Source: Antedon mediterranea (Eukaryota > Animalia > Echinodermata). Taken from it: a stretch of DNA of 64,000 nt. The translations under genes were made by a program, and so were the position numbers. The stretch lies in assembly GCF_964355755.1 (NCBI RefSeq), contig NC_092672.1, forward strand, positions 22,333,237 to 22,397,236, read 5' to 3'. Position 1 is the stretch's first letter, and every line of letters starts with the position of its first letter. The notes beneath the pieces were generated by a model. The model ran no database searches. It was not told the origin of the DNA and saw only the letters and a program-made list of their open reading frames with translations. Positions 62,901 through 64,000 of the stretch are shown piece after piece.

Positions 62901-64000
62901 AATTTGAACTTGATGTGTGTCCCATAATTTCACCTATGCTACACTGTATATAGATATACAGTATATACTGTACATTGTATATGGCATATAATAAGCATAA
63001 CTCAGCACTATAAGCGTATAATAGGATGGCATACATCAACATTTTCCTATCGTATGTTAACGTACGTACATGTTTAAAAAAAAATTAATTTCATTAAAAT
63101 GATAAAAATGATCACCTATAATTCGTCAAAGTGACGAATTAAATTCTAGTTTACAGTTTAGTATTGAAGGCTGCAATGAGTAGATTTGAAAATAAACACT
63201 GAAATACTGTTTGGATCAGAGTGCAAACAATTTTTGTAAATGTAAGAATTACACAATTGTGGGAAGCGGGTTAAGAGTATGGGAGGGGCATGTTCTTTCA
63301 CCCCTAATTAGGGATGTCAGAAACTCTAAACTCTGGGCAATCTCTAGGCTTGATTGTTGTTTTACCTAGTCACCATGCATACAGATTATAAGCCAATTAT
63401 AATCTGAAAAGAAATTCTAAAAATGGACAGAAAAGTATGAGTCATTGTACTGTATTAAACAATTTTTTTTTGCACGGCAACCAATTCTATGTAAAAGATA
63501 CCGAGATTTAATTAATTTTACAATGCTAAAGTAATTTTTTTTTTCTCTTTTGTGGGGCAGCCCACTTTTATTGCACATATTATGATAAACAATATGATAT
63601 TTATATTACACATTCTGAGGTTAAAAGATTATAGAAAATATTGTGATATTGTGTTGAAATCTAAATATGATAAAACAAGTATACAGAGAAAATTTATATT
63701 ACAGAGCTAAAACGATATAAAGATTAACTCAGTTAATATTCAGTATTAACAAGCACGAATGTGCAATACTCGGGGTACAGCAAAAGAAGCTGTAATGACG
63801 TCATAAGACCGGATGTAACGTAACATACACATCAATAACCGCGCTACCAAATACGGCTATACGGTACCATCTTCGAGACGTGATATGGCTGCATCCGGTA
63901 TGAAATTAAAAAATCCGGCTCTATAGCTTTGAGGACATGTCCCTGTAGTATATTCATGCTAAATCCGAGCTCAATACTACAAGGAAAGGGAGGAGTATTT
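59958..64000 (+). repeat. Direct duplication, copy 2 (runs off the window), including the foldback 60-bp satellite at ~60125-61030
   Basis: Colinear with 30433-32690; duplicated 88-aa ORFs at 30723 and 60248. Confidence 0.96.
61567..63149 (+). mobile_element. Helentron-associated non-autonomous element (HINE/DINE-1-like), 1.58 kb
   Basis: Absent from the paralogous site at ~31840 (gtaa-ttt-acag) and inserted in a T-run. Sub-terminal inverted repeats TAGGTGATCATTT/AAATGATCACCTA, a (ttc/tta) microsatellite and terminal hairpin AATTCGTCA-AAG-TGACGAATT. Confidence 0.85.

Noticed and set aside
30433-64000. The long direct repeats as LTRs of a retroelement
   Set aside because: No TG...CA ends, PBS/PPT, gag, LTR-type RT or tyrosine recombinase seen between them; the repeats are mosaics of satellites and other elements.

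Overview
AT-rich eukaryotic (most likely invertebrate animal) genomic DNA made almost entirely of nested mobile elements; no clear host gene was found. (1) A full-length but decayed 16.6-kb Maverick/Polinton (10064-26633) has AG...CT ends, a 6-bp TSD (TGTAGA) and ~0.95-kb TIRs. It carries pPolB with an apparently spliced acidic N-terminus, packaging ATPase, adenain protease, major and minor capsid proteins, a chromodomain integrase and a PC4-like ssDNA-binding protein. It inserted into the PHD finger of an internally deleted PHD-FLYWCH (MULE-like) element and was itself hit by a SINE and a hAT-like element. (2) The most unusual feature is a candidate ~26-kb element (about 33781-59958) with two divergent intron-rich genes. 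One is a Sola-like DDD transposase with a C-terminal Tudor/SH3-like barrel. The other is a ParB/Srx-domain protein fused to a degenerate N6/N4 DNA-methyltransferase fold. Near both ends lie arrays of one 17-bp palindrome, GTCATAAANWTTATGAC, set in unrelated repeat backgrounds, and a kb-scale direct duplication flanks the region. Also present are TTAA-flanked Kolobok-like elements, Helentron-type non-autonomous elements, LINE fragments, tRNA-Val pseudogenes and several satellites. Exon models and family assignments were made by eye and need HMM, structure and RNA-seq confirmation.
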